Shown one piece after another: positions 1 to 14,154 of a DNA stretch of 64,000 nucleotides. Origin of the DNA: Monocercomonoides exilis PA203 (lineage: Eukaryota > Protista > Preaxostyla); contig LSRY02000003.1 in NCBI GenBank assembly GCA_001643675.2, positions 682,001 to 746,000 of the forward strand, read 5' to 3'. The position numbers and the translations under genes are program-made. The number at the start of each line of letters is the position of its first letter. Positions within the stretch are counted from its first letter, which is position 1. The notes under the pieces were generated by a model. It searched no databases, was not told the DNA's origin, and saw only the letters and a list, made by a program, of their open reading frames with translations.

Positions 1-3000
1 AGAAAATGTGATGGGGATATCCTATGAGGCAACATCAAGGCTTGCTTTTTCGATGTATTTGAAGACTTCGCATTTGAAACCGATGAACATACCGCAAAAT
101 CAGGAGTGCTCGAAACAATTGAACGTTTTTTTGTAGACGGCTGACAAACAGTTTCATTTCTTTCGATAGATTCATTTGTTGGTTTTGTAGAAATTTCCTT
201 TTCTTTGGATAAAAGATCCTTTTTTTCATCATGAGAATTGACATACGTTCGGCTTTCGTTTCTTTTTTCTGCATTAGACACAGCTGAAATCGACTGCTTT
301 CCAGTTAAATGTTCTGCTGACCAAAAATCATCTGAATTCAAAGAAGTGCCTATCGATGAAAGACATTGAGGATCTCTCGAAATATTTGCAGACAATACCA
401 AATTTGTGCTTTGCAAAGATTTGCGCTTAACAGGTGCTTGCTGCTTTTTTTTGTTTTGAGTCTGAGACTCCGATTGAACTGCAGGAAAGATAATGTGTGG
501 GCGCAGCGCACGAATGATACACGAGAAAAGCTCCAAAGATTCTGTCACAACAGTCATCCAAGCTTTGTCATAGAACAGGAAATGCTGGTTGCACTCAAGA
601 CAGCCACGAAGAAATGAATGTGCACAATCATTTGAACAGCATCGAGAAATCGGCACAATTTCTTCACATTCACAAGGATTTTTAAGAGAATGAGGCTCAC
701 TTGAAAATCGATCTTTGAGTTTATTATTATTATTATCCAACTCTAATTTATGAGCTGCAACTTCTTTTTTGTTCAATGAATCAGTTGAACGTTCTGCCGA
801 GGAGCAGCTTTGAGGCATCTGGTTCTCATGATGATTATCATTTGACAAAGGCTGATTGAGAGCAGATGAAATATTATTTTTCGATGATTGCAAAGAAGAT
901 TGAATGGAAGATGGTTCATCATTATGAGAATTACTTTCTTTCACATTAGCATCATCAGAAAGTTTAGCGTTTATAGAGCTGTTGGCAGTTAAATGAGAAG
1001 AAGATTCCAACATGGCCAAATTGGCTTCAAATGTTGGATTTGTTGAATAAGTTGAATTAGTCGAACTATTAGCCAAACGAGCAGCAGTCATCTGCTTCGG
1101 TTCAGAACACTTCTTGTCGACTTCAGAAGGAACCCACATTCCCAGTCTTTCTCCCATGTCTCTCCCAATGAGCACTCCATAGCTGAAGCCAACCCACCTG
1201 CTATATTTGCTCCTGAGGCTTTGATTGAATGCAGGAGAAGATAACAATGAAGCAGATGCATCGCCTTGTGTTTGTTCATCATTATCTTTTGATGAGGAGC
1301 TGTTCAAAGCTCCTTGCTCCTCGAGAGCATTCACATGAGAATCTGCCAATTCCATTTTTTCGGTCATCGCAGAAATTGACAAACTATCAGGAATTGGACT
1401 AACACTTGGAGAACAATGCTGAGAATTAGCATTCATTGAGAAATGATTGTTGTGATTATCATAATTACAATGATTATCAAAACAGTTCTGACTAATATGA
1501 TTAGACTCATTTGCACTAATAGGACGATACGCCATCATCGGCCAGCCGTTCTCTTCGAAGGCGAGAAACTGGCTGAGCACTTCGAGAATGTTGTACGACT
1601 CGCATAAATAATCAGCCACAGAAACAGAATGGGCACAAAGATAGGACAGAATGCACAGGGCAGGTGCGGTGACAGAAGGAGGAAAAGGCCGAAGAAGGAT
1701 AACGTGAGAATCATATGAGTAAGAAGAAGCAGAAGGTGGAGAGGAAGAAGGTGAATAGCAACTTTGATCTGTTTGGCAAGCGCATGATTGAGGAAGTGGA
1801 GAAGGAATCTTAAACGAAAATTGATCGAATGAAGTATTCGAATTATTCGCTGTTGAGGAATTGGCAGCAATTCTGAGAGGCTCACAACACCGCTGAGAAA
1901 CGTCATTGTTTTCATTTGAATTGTAATCGTTGTTTCGTCCATTAGTTGTGGATTGGATGCATCTTGTCTGAATTGGAGTGCTGATTGCACTTGCACTTGC
2001 ACATTCACTGCTGTCATCTTTCGAATCAAATATTGCACCAGATCCTTTTTCTTTGCCCAATCCATTCTTTGAAGCTTTGTTTGCAGTATCTCCATTTAAT
2101 TTCTTCACATCTTTTCTTTGGGATTCGGTTTTGATCTCACCTAATTCTTCTGAACTTGTTCTAACTTCTCCATCTGTATTCCTTCCTGGCTTATCAACGC
2201 TGTTTTCCAACATATCCAAATTCAGTGGTTCTTCATCAAACTCATTTGCTCCTTCGCTTTTAGTCCCCAAAGGCGAGCTCCTCTGAGAAAGAGGGAGAAT
2301 TCCAATGTTTTCACTAACTAGCAGGCCAACCTTCAGCTTCTTTTTCTTTTTCCCTTTCTTTTTTGGCTCAGCCTCAACTCTATTTGAACTTGTGCTTGAT
2401 GCTCCAGAACCAGCCCTTTGAGGAGTTACGCCGTTGCGTTTCTGCTTTGTCAATGAATTGTGTGAAGATTGAGTCAAATTTGGCTGATTGCTGTGAGATT
2501 TCGAAGAAGGCAAGCGAAGTTTTGTGGGGTTTTGTGGGATATTGTCTCGATGTGCTGAATGATGAGAAGAAGAAGAAAAGGAGGAGGAGGAGGAAGAAGA
2601 AGAAGAAGAAGAAGAAGAGGAAAAAGAAGGTGAAGAAGAAGAAGAACTCATTCGAATGTGATTGCGAGCAGATCGCGGAGAGGAAAGCGGTGAAGACGTT
2701 TGGCGGCTGGTTTGTGTAAAAGGAATAATGCGTTTGTGATCTGAAGGAGAAAAACGAATAGAGAGTGGAGATAAATGAGGAGAAGATGTTGCAGAAGAGG
2801 AAGAAATTGAAGAAGAAGAAGAAGATAAAGATAAAGAAGACGGAGAAGACAATGATGTTTTCATTGTTGAAGACTTCTGCAGTGGCAAAGCATCACTTTG
2901 AGAAGGTTTTCCATTGGATGTTTTGAGAGTATTAGAAGCAGGAGAAACAAGAGGTGGCAAAGTGACTTCTGCTCGCAATTTTGGTGTTTTGTCAACGTTG

Positions 3001-5045
3001 TTTGATTGAATAGCGCTTGATGACGCAGAAGAAGCAATCGAAGATGAAACATTCATCTCTTTGTTTTGAGCGGCCTTTGAAGTAGAAACAGAATTATCAG
3101 CATTGGCAACTGTGCTGAGCATATTCTGTGCATCGTGCAGCAATGCCGCTGAATTCATTGCGTTTGCAGCAGTCGAAAAGGACTTTGATGCATCGCCAGC
3201 TGCTGGTAAGGGAGGTAACGAATACTGTTGATTTTGCGAATGCTCAATGAAAGTGCAAAGAGAAGAAGAAGGAGCAAAAAAAGGATCGTTTTCAGTTGAG
3301 TTAGCAGGTAAAGGAGGAAGCATAGTTTTTGTTCTGATTTGGATGGGAGGTTGTGTTGAGGTATTATTGGAAGAATTTTGTGGATCAGCCAGTTTTGGAG
3401 GAAGAAGAGGAGAAAAACGAACATCAGATGAATTAAAAGTTGCAGTGCTGCTCGAGAAAGAAGGAGAAACAGCAGAACTTTGAGATAAAAGCGGAGACTG
3501 CCGAAGCGGAGAAACAGTGAAAGGCGAAGTCAAAAGCGGAGAAATGGAATCAAAAGAAGAGGAAGAAGGCAAAAAACCACCTGATGCAGCAGGGGGAAGA
3601 GGACGAAGGTGAGAGAAAGAGGCATAACGAGACAATTCGGGTGGGTGTATTTCAGATGAATGAGAAGGGAGTGGAGAACATGAAGAAGAAGATCGAGAAA
3701 GCGGTGGTGCGATGGAGGTGTTGCTGATAAATGAAAAGGACGAGGATTGGCTGGTAACGTTTGAAGGTTGATATGAAATTTTGGTTGTTTTTGATGAAAC
3801 TTAAAAAATAAAAGTATTTCAAAATAGAAAAAAAAATGAAAGGATAGAAAAGGAAAGAATAAAAAAAAGAACTTTACAAAAATCATGTTTATAAATGAAA
3901 TGCAGACTTGAAGCAATTGGCTCTGGTTGCTCACATTTGCAGTCAAATTGAGGAAGAATACAAACTTTCATTAGAGAAGGCGCCAGCTCTTTAGAGATCA
4001 ATATTCCCCTGTGATCTTATAGTAATATATAAATCGAAAATGAAAAAAAGAAATGTGAAAAAAACAAAAATAATTCCAGGAAATAATAAAAAATAGTCGT
4101 TTAATACTAAATTTCAAAAGAATTCTATTTTTTTTCAATCAGTCTTTGCTTTGAAGGGTTGTAAAACTCTTTTTCTTTTTCAATAATTTAAATAAAATGT
4201 GCTCTTCAAGCAAACCTGGCCGAAGGGAGATGCAAACAAGCCCAAGAAGAGCCAATTCCCATTTGTGCCAATCTCTTTCTTGATCAATATCGCCTTCGAG
4301 ATCCTGAGAATCCTTCATTCCATCCATCAAACAAGTCATAATCTCAACAAGAAGCGGATTCTTGATCGGAACTCGCTTTGAAGCGCATGCATATGCAACG
4401 GCTGCCTTAAACCTTCGCAATTCAAAGTCAAAATATTGAGACTGAATGTCTCTTATGTTGCTAAATTTGCTATGAAAAGTAGTTTGAGAAACTTTTTCAA
4501 ATGGATTTCCTTGTTTCTCAGAATTCCAATGTAAAAGAATGATTTCTTGAAGTGTTCCAAGAATTCCAGATGATAGCAGAACCCCATAAAAATATCCCCA
4601 TCTGTTTTCATCCGTGCTTGTAGAGCCAAGAATTGCAATATGCATCACAATATCAATGGCAATTGCAGACAGCTGAAAATCACTATGCTTTAAAAAAGAG
4701 TTCAATGTGATGCAAAATGGACGCTCTACGATTATTCGCAAAGGAGAATCGGGTAGCTTCAAGATAATGTTTCTCAGTTTCAAAAAATTATAGATTCTCT
4801 CATTTTTTGTTGAAATCACGACTTTTTCGAGAAGAGCTGCAAAATAAATATAAAATATTAATTTAAATAGCAAAATCATAGTTTGAAAACAAAATTGTTT
4901 ATTGAATTGAGAAAATTTATAAAATTATGAAATATTAAAATTCTTAACCATTTATTGCTTGAACGAATTTTGGATGGGATGGCTTGAACGAATCAGTAAT
5001 CTTGAAAACAATAAAATCGTTTTCAAGTTGTTTAGCATCGCTCAT
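1..5045 (-). CDS. Large hypothetical protein: helical N-terminal part plus a >1250-aa Ser-rich exon; 3' end outside the window
   Basis: Hand-spliced exons 5045-4949 (MSDAKQLEND...), ~4836-4217 (ORF 4139..4879 frame), ~4015-3909, then ~3799 to <1. All introns are GT..AG in phase 1. The last exon was open wherever I translated it and runs off the edge, which explains its absence from the ORF track. Confidence 0.75.
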
Positions 5046-5245
5046 CCTAATTCAAAACAGTTTGAAGATTGAGGTAGATCAATGATCATTATCCCCCACA
5101 ACAACATTAAAATAAACAAATTAAAAAAGAAAAAAAATCAATATTTTATAAAAAAAAGAAAAGAAGAAGATAAACGACTGTGATGAAATGGTGACATGTA
5201 ATATAAGCATAGATGACGTGAAGCGAATTTAACATAGAATAATTC

Positions 5246-8200
5246 TCAATAACCTCCATATTTTCTTGGTTTAATATTTGTCGAACTAATTTTTGTAGTT
5301 CCAGTTCCGGAAATCCCACCAATTGTGACGTGTTTCGAAGGCGTAGCACCCGCGCTGCCCGCCGCCGCAGAAGTGGCAGACGGCGTGGCAATCCTGGAGC
5401 GTGCGCCCATCGTTGAGAAAGATCCGATAGAAGCAGAAGAAGAGGAAGAGGAAGGCGTGCGCATCGAATGCCCCGACGACACATTCAAAATCGACCCCAC
5501 TGCAGGCGAGCGGGAGAACACCTTCTGATAATTCTCTTCTCTGTTGATGAGCTCCAGCTTGTAGAACTTCACTTCCTCGTTCAGCCGCCCGATCATGTGC
5601 TCTTTCTCCCCCACAAGCGCCTCCAGCTGCCGAATCCTCGCCACGTCTTCGGCACGTGGATCTCGAGACTCATAGCGGTGCACCGCATCTTCCAGCTCCT
5701 CCGACAGCTCCCGCACTTTCGCCTCCATCCCCCTCTGCGCCCTCTCAAACGCGTCCCGCAGCTCCTCCGCTTCCTTCAGCGACTCCTCCTTCACTTCCCT
5801 CAGCCTCCTCTCGTGCTCGTCCATCAGCTCTTTCTCCCTCTCGCTCATCTTCGCCCTGTACTCCTCCAACTGCGCATCCATCCCTTTCGCATCTCTCTTC
5901 ATCGCCTCCTCCAACAGCTGCGCATCCGACTCCGCACGCCGCACACGGTCTTCCAACTGCACAATCACACTTTCCTTCTCCCTCAGCTTCTCCTTCATCT
6001 CTTTGCTTTCCTGCTCTTTCTGCTTCAGCTGCGCGCCAGCCTCATTCACTGCCTCTTCTCTCTTCCTCACTTCAGCCGAGACTGCTTCCTTCATCTTCCT
6101 CTCCAGCTCTTCCTTCAGCGCTTCTTTTTCCCTCAGATGCTTCTCCTCTTCCTCTGCAATCGCATCCTTCAGACTCCTTTCTCCTTTTCTGTTTGCTTCT
6201 GCCACTGATGCCTCCATCTCCTTCCTCATCTCCTCCACTTTCTTCTCCAGCTCGTTTTTTGCCTCTTCCCGAAGCCTCGCCATCTCCTTCGCATGCTTCT
6301 CTGCTGCCTCTTTCAAAGAAGAGCTCCCTTCTTCTCTTTCTGCCGTGTGTGCTGCCTCCAGCAGCGCCAGCTGCTGTTTGTGTGCATCGCTTGCTTTCTT
6401 CATCTCCTCGTTTCTCTGCTTCTCCATCTTCTCTCTCTCTTCTTCTCTCTGTTTTTTCTCCTCCTCCAGGAGTCTCTCCAATTCGCTTGCTTTTCTTTTC
6501 AACTCTGCAATTTCTTTCGTCTTTTCTGTGATCTCCAGCCTCGTCTGCCTGTCTCCTCCTTCCATTTTCGCTTCCAAATTTCGCATTTCCGCTTTTAACG
6601 AAGAAAGTGCTTCATTCAATTCTTTTTCCTTTGCCTGCGACTCATCCAGCTTCTTCTGCCACGTCTTGTTCATCTCCTCATACGCCTCCTTCAGCTCCCT
6701 CATCACTTCCTTGTTGTTTCTTTCCATTTCTCCTCTTTCTCTTCGAATCTTCTCAATCTCTTCGTCTTTCTCCTTCCGCGCCGTCTCAAACTCTTCCTCC
6801 ATCTTCTTCATCCGATCTTCATCGTCTTTGATGACCTTCTGCTGCTCCTCCAGCTTCATCTTGTATTCTGCCTCCATCTTCTTCCTCTCCTCTTCTCTCT
6901 GCTTCCTCTCTGCTTCAAGCTCCCCTTCAAGTTCTCCTCCTTTGCTTCGAAGTGTTTCTGACAGTCTTTTGATCTCTTCGTCCTTTTTGTCCAGTTCTTC
7001 TTTGCAGCTTTCAATCTCTTTTTGCATTTTTTCTATTTCTTCTTTGCTTTTCATTTCTTCTTGTTCTTTCTGCTCCTTCAGCTGCTCTATTTCTTCCTTC
7101 CATTTCTGGTTGTTCTCTTCAATCATTTTGCCCTCCTCTGCTTTCATCTCCTCTTCTTTCTCTTTCAGAGCTTTCTCCATCTTCTCTTCACCTTCTCTCA
7201 ACAACTCCTCCACCGCCTTCTTCTTCTCCCCTTCCATTTCCTCTCTCAATTCATTCATCTTCTTCTCTGCCTCTTCCCTCAGCTTTCTCTCTCTCTCCTT
7301 CATTTCTTTCTCTGCATCCTTCACTTTGTTCATTCCACTCAGCGATTCTTGCTCTTTCTCTCTTTGGAGCTCATCCAAACGCCTCAGCAGCTCCTTCAAA
7401 TTGTCTTCTTTCTCCTTCTCTTCCGCCTTCATCCTCTCGATTTCCTTTTCCAGCTTCGCTTTCTCCTCAATCCAGCTCATTTCTGTCTCGTTCTTCGATT
7501 TATACGCAGCCTTCAGTTTCTCCTCTTCCTCCATCATCTTCTTCTTCCACTCTTCTTCGTCTTTGATCCGCTTCTGTTTCTCTTCAATCAGCTTCGCATC
7601 GCCTTCCCTCGCCTTCAGCGTCAGCGCATCCACTTCTTTCCGCAGCTGCGCCACATACGCATTCATCTTCCCTTCGTTCGCCTCTGCGCTCTTCTTCTGC
7701 TTCTCTTCCTTTTCTCTTAAGGAAGCATTCTCCTCTCTCAGCGCCTTCAGCTCGGCAGACAGCACAGCCGATGCTGAAGTCGCTGAGCTCTCCAGTTCAG
7801 CTATGCGCCGCTCGCTTTCTTCCTTCAGGCGGCTGAAATCAGAACTGGTTGCACTCAGCTTCGAAGACAAACTTCGTATTTCTTCTTCATATTTGGATGT
7901 TAATTGCTCTTTTTCTTTGGCTGCTTCGGTTTTTTCTCTCGCGCGTTGCTTTTCCGTCTCTTCTGCTCGCATAATTGCCTCTTTTTTCTCTTTCTCTTCT
8001 TCTTCTTTGTGTTTCTTCTCAGTTTCGAGTTCTTTTTCTTTCGCCTCAAGCTTTTTCTCAAGTTCTGTTTCGGCTTGAAGTCGTGTGGCAAGCATAAGAT
8101 TGTACTTTGCATTTGATTCTTGCACCAATATCTCCATTTCAGCTTGATGTGCATCATCTTTTTCTTTTAATGTACTCTTCAAAGCAGTGTCCGCGTCTTT

Positions 8201-8801
8201 GGCTTTTTTAGAATAATCATCAACACATTTTTGATATTGTTCCTTTGCTGTTGTAACTTCTTTTGTTAATTCTCGAATTCTTATTTCAGAAATTTCTTTA
8301 AGTTTCTGCTCATTTTGAATTGCTTGTCTTTGAAATGCTGAAAACTCATCATAAGCTTTCTTTTTTTCCAATTCATGTTGGGCAAGCATTTCCTAAAAAA
8401 ACAACATTTATAATCCAAAGTCACATGAATAAATGTGAAATATCAAATTATTTCTAAGTGTGTGCAAACTTTCATTCTCTCCTGCACTTTTTCATCGCTT
8501 CTTTTTGATTCAAGAGCTACCTTAAAATCACTGATTTTCTGCCTCGTTTCTTCGAGTATCTAAAATTATAAGCATTAAATTTCAATGAGATAATTCCCCA
8601 GTGAATAAATTTTTTATTTTTAATTGAAATAATTCTCAAAAAGTTGTGATTTAATCGAACTTGATTAATTTCTTGTTCATATTTGTCAGCAGTCTCTTGG
8701 AGTTCCAATTCATTGTCATCCGTTTGAGTATGCAATTTATAAATAACTCTTGTAAGTTGAGCAATTTTTTTGCTCATTTTTCTGTGTAAATCAGGATCCA
8801 T
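5246..8801 (-). CDS. FAM184-like long coiled-coil protein (~1125 aa, 3 exons)
   Basis: Exons 8801-8661, 8559-8470, 8392-5246. N-terminal LHRKMSKKIAQLTRVIYKL and C-terminal KFYKLELINREENYQKVF match the FAM184A/B signatures I recall; E/K-rich heptads lie between. Confidence 0.85.
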
Positions 8802-8964
8802 TTGGGAAGTTTCTTTTTTGATTGTAATTTGAAATGCTTATGATGGTACAAGAAAATATTTTTTTAAAGAAAGAACCTGAACTTTTTCTAAAATAATTAT
8901 TGATAGATTTTTTGTGTTTTGAAAATATTGAAATGTGTTCAAACATAACTGTGTTTTTTTTTTT

Positions 8965-11900
8965 ATGAGTTATCCTCAGAAATCATTTCCTTTTATTTCT
9001 AATCGTGATGAACGTGCTTCAAATCGATTTGTTGTATTTCAATCTGATGTTGAGACATTTAATCTGAGAAGCTCTTCTTCGGAAACTGCTTCAGGAATGC
9101 GAACAAAAAAAAGAGATAATTTCCTAATTAAGACTCGTAGTAGTATTGACCCAGAAGCAGGATCAACTATAAAAGAAGAAAGCAATCCTATTATTCTTTA
9201 TCAAAATCTTCTAGCTTCTACAGCGGATAATCTTTGTGATAATTTGCTAAAAATTGCTTTTTCAGTTTCAAAATGTATTTTCCAATTTTTTGATATTATT
9301 CAATATTTCTTAATTTAAAATTCTAGTTGACGCTTCTAATCTTGACAAATTTCTTAATTTGGATGTGTTATCATTGATAATGAATGTTATTAAGACTTCA
9401 GCAAACGAAAAGGCAATTGTTAATTCAATTTGGATATTAAGTAATATTGGTATGATTCATTTAATCTTTTGGCATTGTTTTCAACAAATGTTATTTCAAT
9501 ACTGTTTTTTAGCTGCCGTCGGAAATGAAGATCAAGTTAATAAAGTAGCGTATTGTGGAATATTACCTTATGCCTTAAAATTTATACGAACTACGAATAG
9601 CGCCAATATTCTAGAAATTGTTTGTTTCGAGCAGACTGTTAATTTTTTTTTTTTTTTTTCACTATTTTTTATTCAAAAAAAAATTTTTTTTCATAAATTA
9701 ATCATGTATTCATTTTTCTTTTTTAATTCATATTACAGTGCTTGCTCCTTCTCGGAAACATAGCCGGAGAAACGCGGAGTCTGCAATATCTTATCATGGT
9801 TTCAGGAGTTGTGCCGTTGATTGTGCAAATAATAGAACGAAGATTTTCGACAGACGATCTCAAAAAGTTCAAATTTATTGGGCTGCAGGAGCAGCAATGC
9901 AAGTCATCAACAAGCGAAATGTTGGAAGTGCTGATCGAAGAAAGCGACGGTGGGTACAGCATTAACACAGGCATCTGTTCCTTTTTGAATGAAACAAACA
10001 ATTCCCCAGGCCCCTTTCTCAGCGAATCCTCACATCAGTCGAATAGCAGTCGTTCCCATTTGTTTGTCCCTCCATGTCCGAACTGCATATACGAAGCAAC
10101 TCTCTTCCTTCTCGCCAACCTGATGAACCAGGCAACTAGAGTGCTGTCGAATGAGCAGCCGACAGATCCGACAGAGCGGCTGCTGACGATGACGCTGGCT
10201 CTGATGCCTGAAGAGCAGAAAGACGTGGAGATTATGTCGAGGCTGCAGCAGAAGGCGAACAAAGGCTTGTCTCCGCTGAGCATCGAGTATTACATCGGCT
10301 CCATGAGAGAGCTGCAGAAGGAGATGCAGAACAAGGAGGCGGAAATGAATGGCAGTGGTGCAGGTGGGGGTGTGACTGGATTTTCTGATGCTTTGTCTCA
10401 ACAGAACGCTGCTTCATTATCTTCATCATCATCATCTTCTTCTTCTTCTTCTTCTGGAGGAGAAGAAGAAGACTCGGATCAGCAAAGTGAGAAGACTTAT
10501 ATTTTCTCTCTCTTTGACCGGATTTTGATTCCGCTGACGGTGATGCTGCGGCTGTGTCTGACGAGGCAGCTGAAGAGGATTCTTGAGAGGAGGCAGCTTG
10601 TGGAAGAGGCAGAAAAGTATTTCAGTTCACATGGAATATCAGTTGATGCACTGGATGAAGAAGAAGAAGGAGGAGGAGGAGAGAAGAATGGGGGGATGAT
10701 GAAAGATGATGATGGTGGTGATGATGAAGAAGGAAATGATGTTGATGGAAAAGAAGGGGAAATGGCCAATGGGATTGAGAAGGATGCTTATTTGAGCGAA
10801 GAGAGCAGCGCGAAGAAAGAACGGGAAATTTATAATCAAAACAGGCGAATTTTGAAGCAGTTTGCGAAAAACGAGAATGGCGAGAGGAATTACGAGTTGG
10901 AAGAAGACTTCAAAGACGATTCGCTGAAGTTGCTGCTGAAGATATTCACTTATCTGATCGATGACAATGAGCAGCTTGCTTCTGTATGATTGATGGATTG
11001 CTTGATTTTTCTTTTCTTTTTTTTTTAACAATTTTCTGATTTTATTATATCCGTTTTTTATTTCTGTTTTTAATATCTTTTTCTTTTTTTTCCCCTTCTT
11101 TTTCTTTTCCATCTGAAATTCCAAACAAACCCTCACAATTTTTTTTTCCCCATTCAACAATATCCAGGTCCTCATCTACACCAGCACGCTCAACCTGATG
11201 ATCACCTACGGGATGGTCACCACCCTCACCATCCCTCTCTTCTACATCAACCGCATCATCGGCGAGATCTGCACGCTGGACAACACATTCATCGAATTCT
11301 CCGTTTCTGCCGGCGCTCTTTTCCTCATCCGCCGCCTCGTCACTGGAAAAGTGCCGCCTCTTCCGCATTCTGTTGAACTGACGTTGTCTTCTGGCTCAAT
11401 TCAGCAAGAGGAGCCTTCTGCTAATCAGCTCATTTCACAGTCTTCTTCCACTTCACCGTTCACTTCTGGATCTTTTAATTCTTCTTCTTCTTCTTCTCTC
11501 TCTTCAGCTCCTTCACAGCACCCTCAGCAGAGTTCATTAAGTATTCTGCCCATTTCATTGAATGCTTTCACGTCAACATCCTCCATCGTTTCATCACCTC
11601 AACATCCATCTCAGTCAATCCACACACAACCACAAGCCTTTCAGAGCTCTCAACAGCCATCTTCCTCCTCCTCCTCCTCCTCTTCTTCTTCTTCTTCTTC
11701 TTCTTCTTCTTCTTCTTCTTCTTCTTCCGTCAGTTCTTCCCGCACCAGATACAGGCTTCTTCCAATGCGTCCAGCTGTTTTATTGAAAGAAGCCTTCTGG
11801 TCTCTTTCGAACATTTGCGCTGCCACAAAATACTGCTGCAGCCGTGTTGTGGATTTGGGGTTTGTTCCACTGTTGATTCTGCTGGGCGATGGAATAGACA

Positions 11901-12082
11901 ACAGAAGCGTCAGCAACTGGGAAGATGAATGTGTGAATGAGATTTTATGTGACCATTGAATTTGGATGCTATCTTTTTATTTCAATTAATAAAATTGATA
12001 TTATTAATATATTTGAAATTTTGAGTTTTTGATTATTTGGCAACTTTTCATTTTATATTAATACTTTTTCCAATCTTCAATT

Positions 12083-12140
<58 letters not shown>

Positions 12141-13584
12141 TGAAAAAAATTTTTTTTATTGACACTTGACTTTTATTTATTATTTTGTGAATTTATTTTT
12201 ATATTTATTTATTTATTTGCTGTTATTTTTTATTTTTTTTGTTTTTTTTGTTTTTTTTTTAATTTTCTCAGACTTGATTCAGCTTGAAGAGTCAGTCACT
12301 GGATGCTCCCATGTTTCGCCGGAAATCATCCGCCGTGAGGTTATTTACAGTCTGGACAATCTCTCTCTCATCAGCAAGGAAATTAAGCGACTTCTGGTTG
12401 ATGTCGGAGCAGTTAGGATTCTGTGCCGTGCGCTGAAGACATACTATTCAATCACCAATTTTGTGAACATGACCATCAAAGCGATCTACTTCCTCCTCAA
12501 TTTTGGGCACATGGAGGCGGAGACGTTCTTGAAGTGGAGGATTAAGCAGGATATTGTGAAAAGGGCGAAGAAAGCGAAGATGCTGCGTCTGAAGATGAGG
12601 CAGGGCATTCATTTGTCTCAGATTGCGGAGAGGGAATATGCTGCTTTGCAGGGCACGAGCAATGAGCCTGCTGTGTCTGAGAGGAGTGCGAAGGAGAAAG
12701 AGGCGATGATGAACTTGTTTGGGATTGACGAAAGCAAAAACGAAGGAGAGAATTCTGAACAGAGCGAAGACGAAAGCGCAGAGGACGATGTGGATGCTCA
12801 GCTGAATGCCTTTTATGAAGAGCTGATTGCTGCAAGAAACAGAAAAATTCAGCAGAGATTAAAAAAAGACGGAGCAAAAGTTTCTCGGAAGGTGAAAAAT
12901 GACACTCACATTTCAATGGAAAATGAACAGTCAAATGAAACTGAAAAAGAAATGCAGATTGGAATGGAAGAGGACAAAGAAATCTCTTCAGGCTATGAAA
13001 ATGAAGGAGAAGAAGAGTCAAGCGATGATGATGATGATGGCAGTGATATAGAAGAGGATGATAAATTGCGTCTGGACATCTCATTTAACGATGTGAATGT
13101 TTGCCTTTCGTCGAGTGATGTTGACGACGGAGCAGATATTGCGCTGAATGATGCTTTCTTGTTGAGCAATCAGCCGTCTCTGGCAGCAGACCTTCCGCCT
13201 CAGCCAATGGCAGCATCATTTCTGTCATCAGAAACAAACAATGCTTCGTTTCCTTCAATGCCTATGGCTGGGGCTATGCCTGCCATTGAAGATCCATTGA
13301 AGGACTATCGAAAAACCATTGGCAAACTAAAACCAGGGGAAGAGAGGGAGATCGAAGTGTCAGAAACTTCAGTGTTGGTGTTTAATCGTGCACTCACTCA
13401 ATTTGTGGAAAGCGGAGGCGAATGCATACTCAATCTGTGTGAGAAGCGGTGCAACAAAAACAGTGCGCTTTATATTTCGCAGATTCACAGCAGGTGGCTG
13501 AGCAAGCTTCAGGAAGCTGAAGATAATGGAGAAGAAATGCTGCTTGATGAACCTCTTCCTCTGTCTCGGCAGGCTCTTCTTTGA
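8965..13584 (+). CDS. Divergent importin-alpha-like armadillo-repeat protein with large low-complexity insertions (6 exons)
   Basis: Phase-consistent GT..AG introns join ORFs 8935, 9359, 9742, 11198 and 12166. ARM motifs WILSNIAA, LLGNIAG, KEAFWSLSNICA, RREVIYSLDNL; IBB-like RTKKRDNFLIKTR; C-terminal FVESGG. Confidence 0.7.
12088..12139. repeat. 52-nt poly(T) tract in the last intron of the ARM gene
   Basis: Seen directly. Confidence 0.95.
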
Positions 13585-14154
13585 ATTGGAGGGAAAATAA
13601 AATGAATAAGAAAAATGAGTTTCGAGTGATCAAAGGGATCCGAAAGAGAAATTTGGAAAAATGACGTGAATATAATAAATGAATTGAGCTTTTAGAAAAG
13701 GATTGGATATATTTTATGTGGTTTTGTGAATAGCTTTTGCTTTTATAACTTTAAAAAATGAAAAATTTTCTTATCAAAAAGATAATGTTTTAATGCTTTA
13801 TAATCTAAATGCAAATAATCCTTCAAAAAAAAATTAAAGTTAAAATTCCTATTTCTGATTTTTTTTGATGAAAGTTACAAAATAATCTTTTCATTTTTGG
13901 AATCATGCTTTTGTTCAAGTTTTGAAATAAAATTCTTTCTCAGTTGGAATAATGTTAAAAAATTCACAAAATTCAAGTCTGGACATGCAATAAAATATAA
14001 CGCAAAAAGAGAAAAACATTCTTTGTTTTCTCTAATAATTTTTTCACACTTATAATACTGGAACAAAAGTCTGATTTCAACTTGAAATGACATTATTTTC
14101 TTCAAAGTTTTTCATCAAAAAAGAAAGATCAGAATAAAAATATCATTGATATGC

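Noticed and set aside
5325-8116. Long plus-strand ORFs (e.g. 691 aa at 6003..8078)
   Set aside because: S/F/L-rich antisense shadows of the E/K-rich FAM184-like exon. The same applies to ORFs opposite the RhoGEF, receptor and 1716-aa genes.
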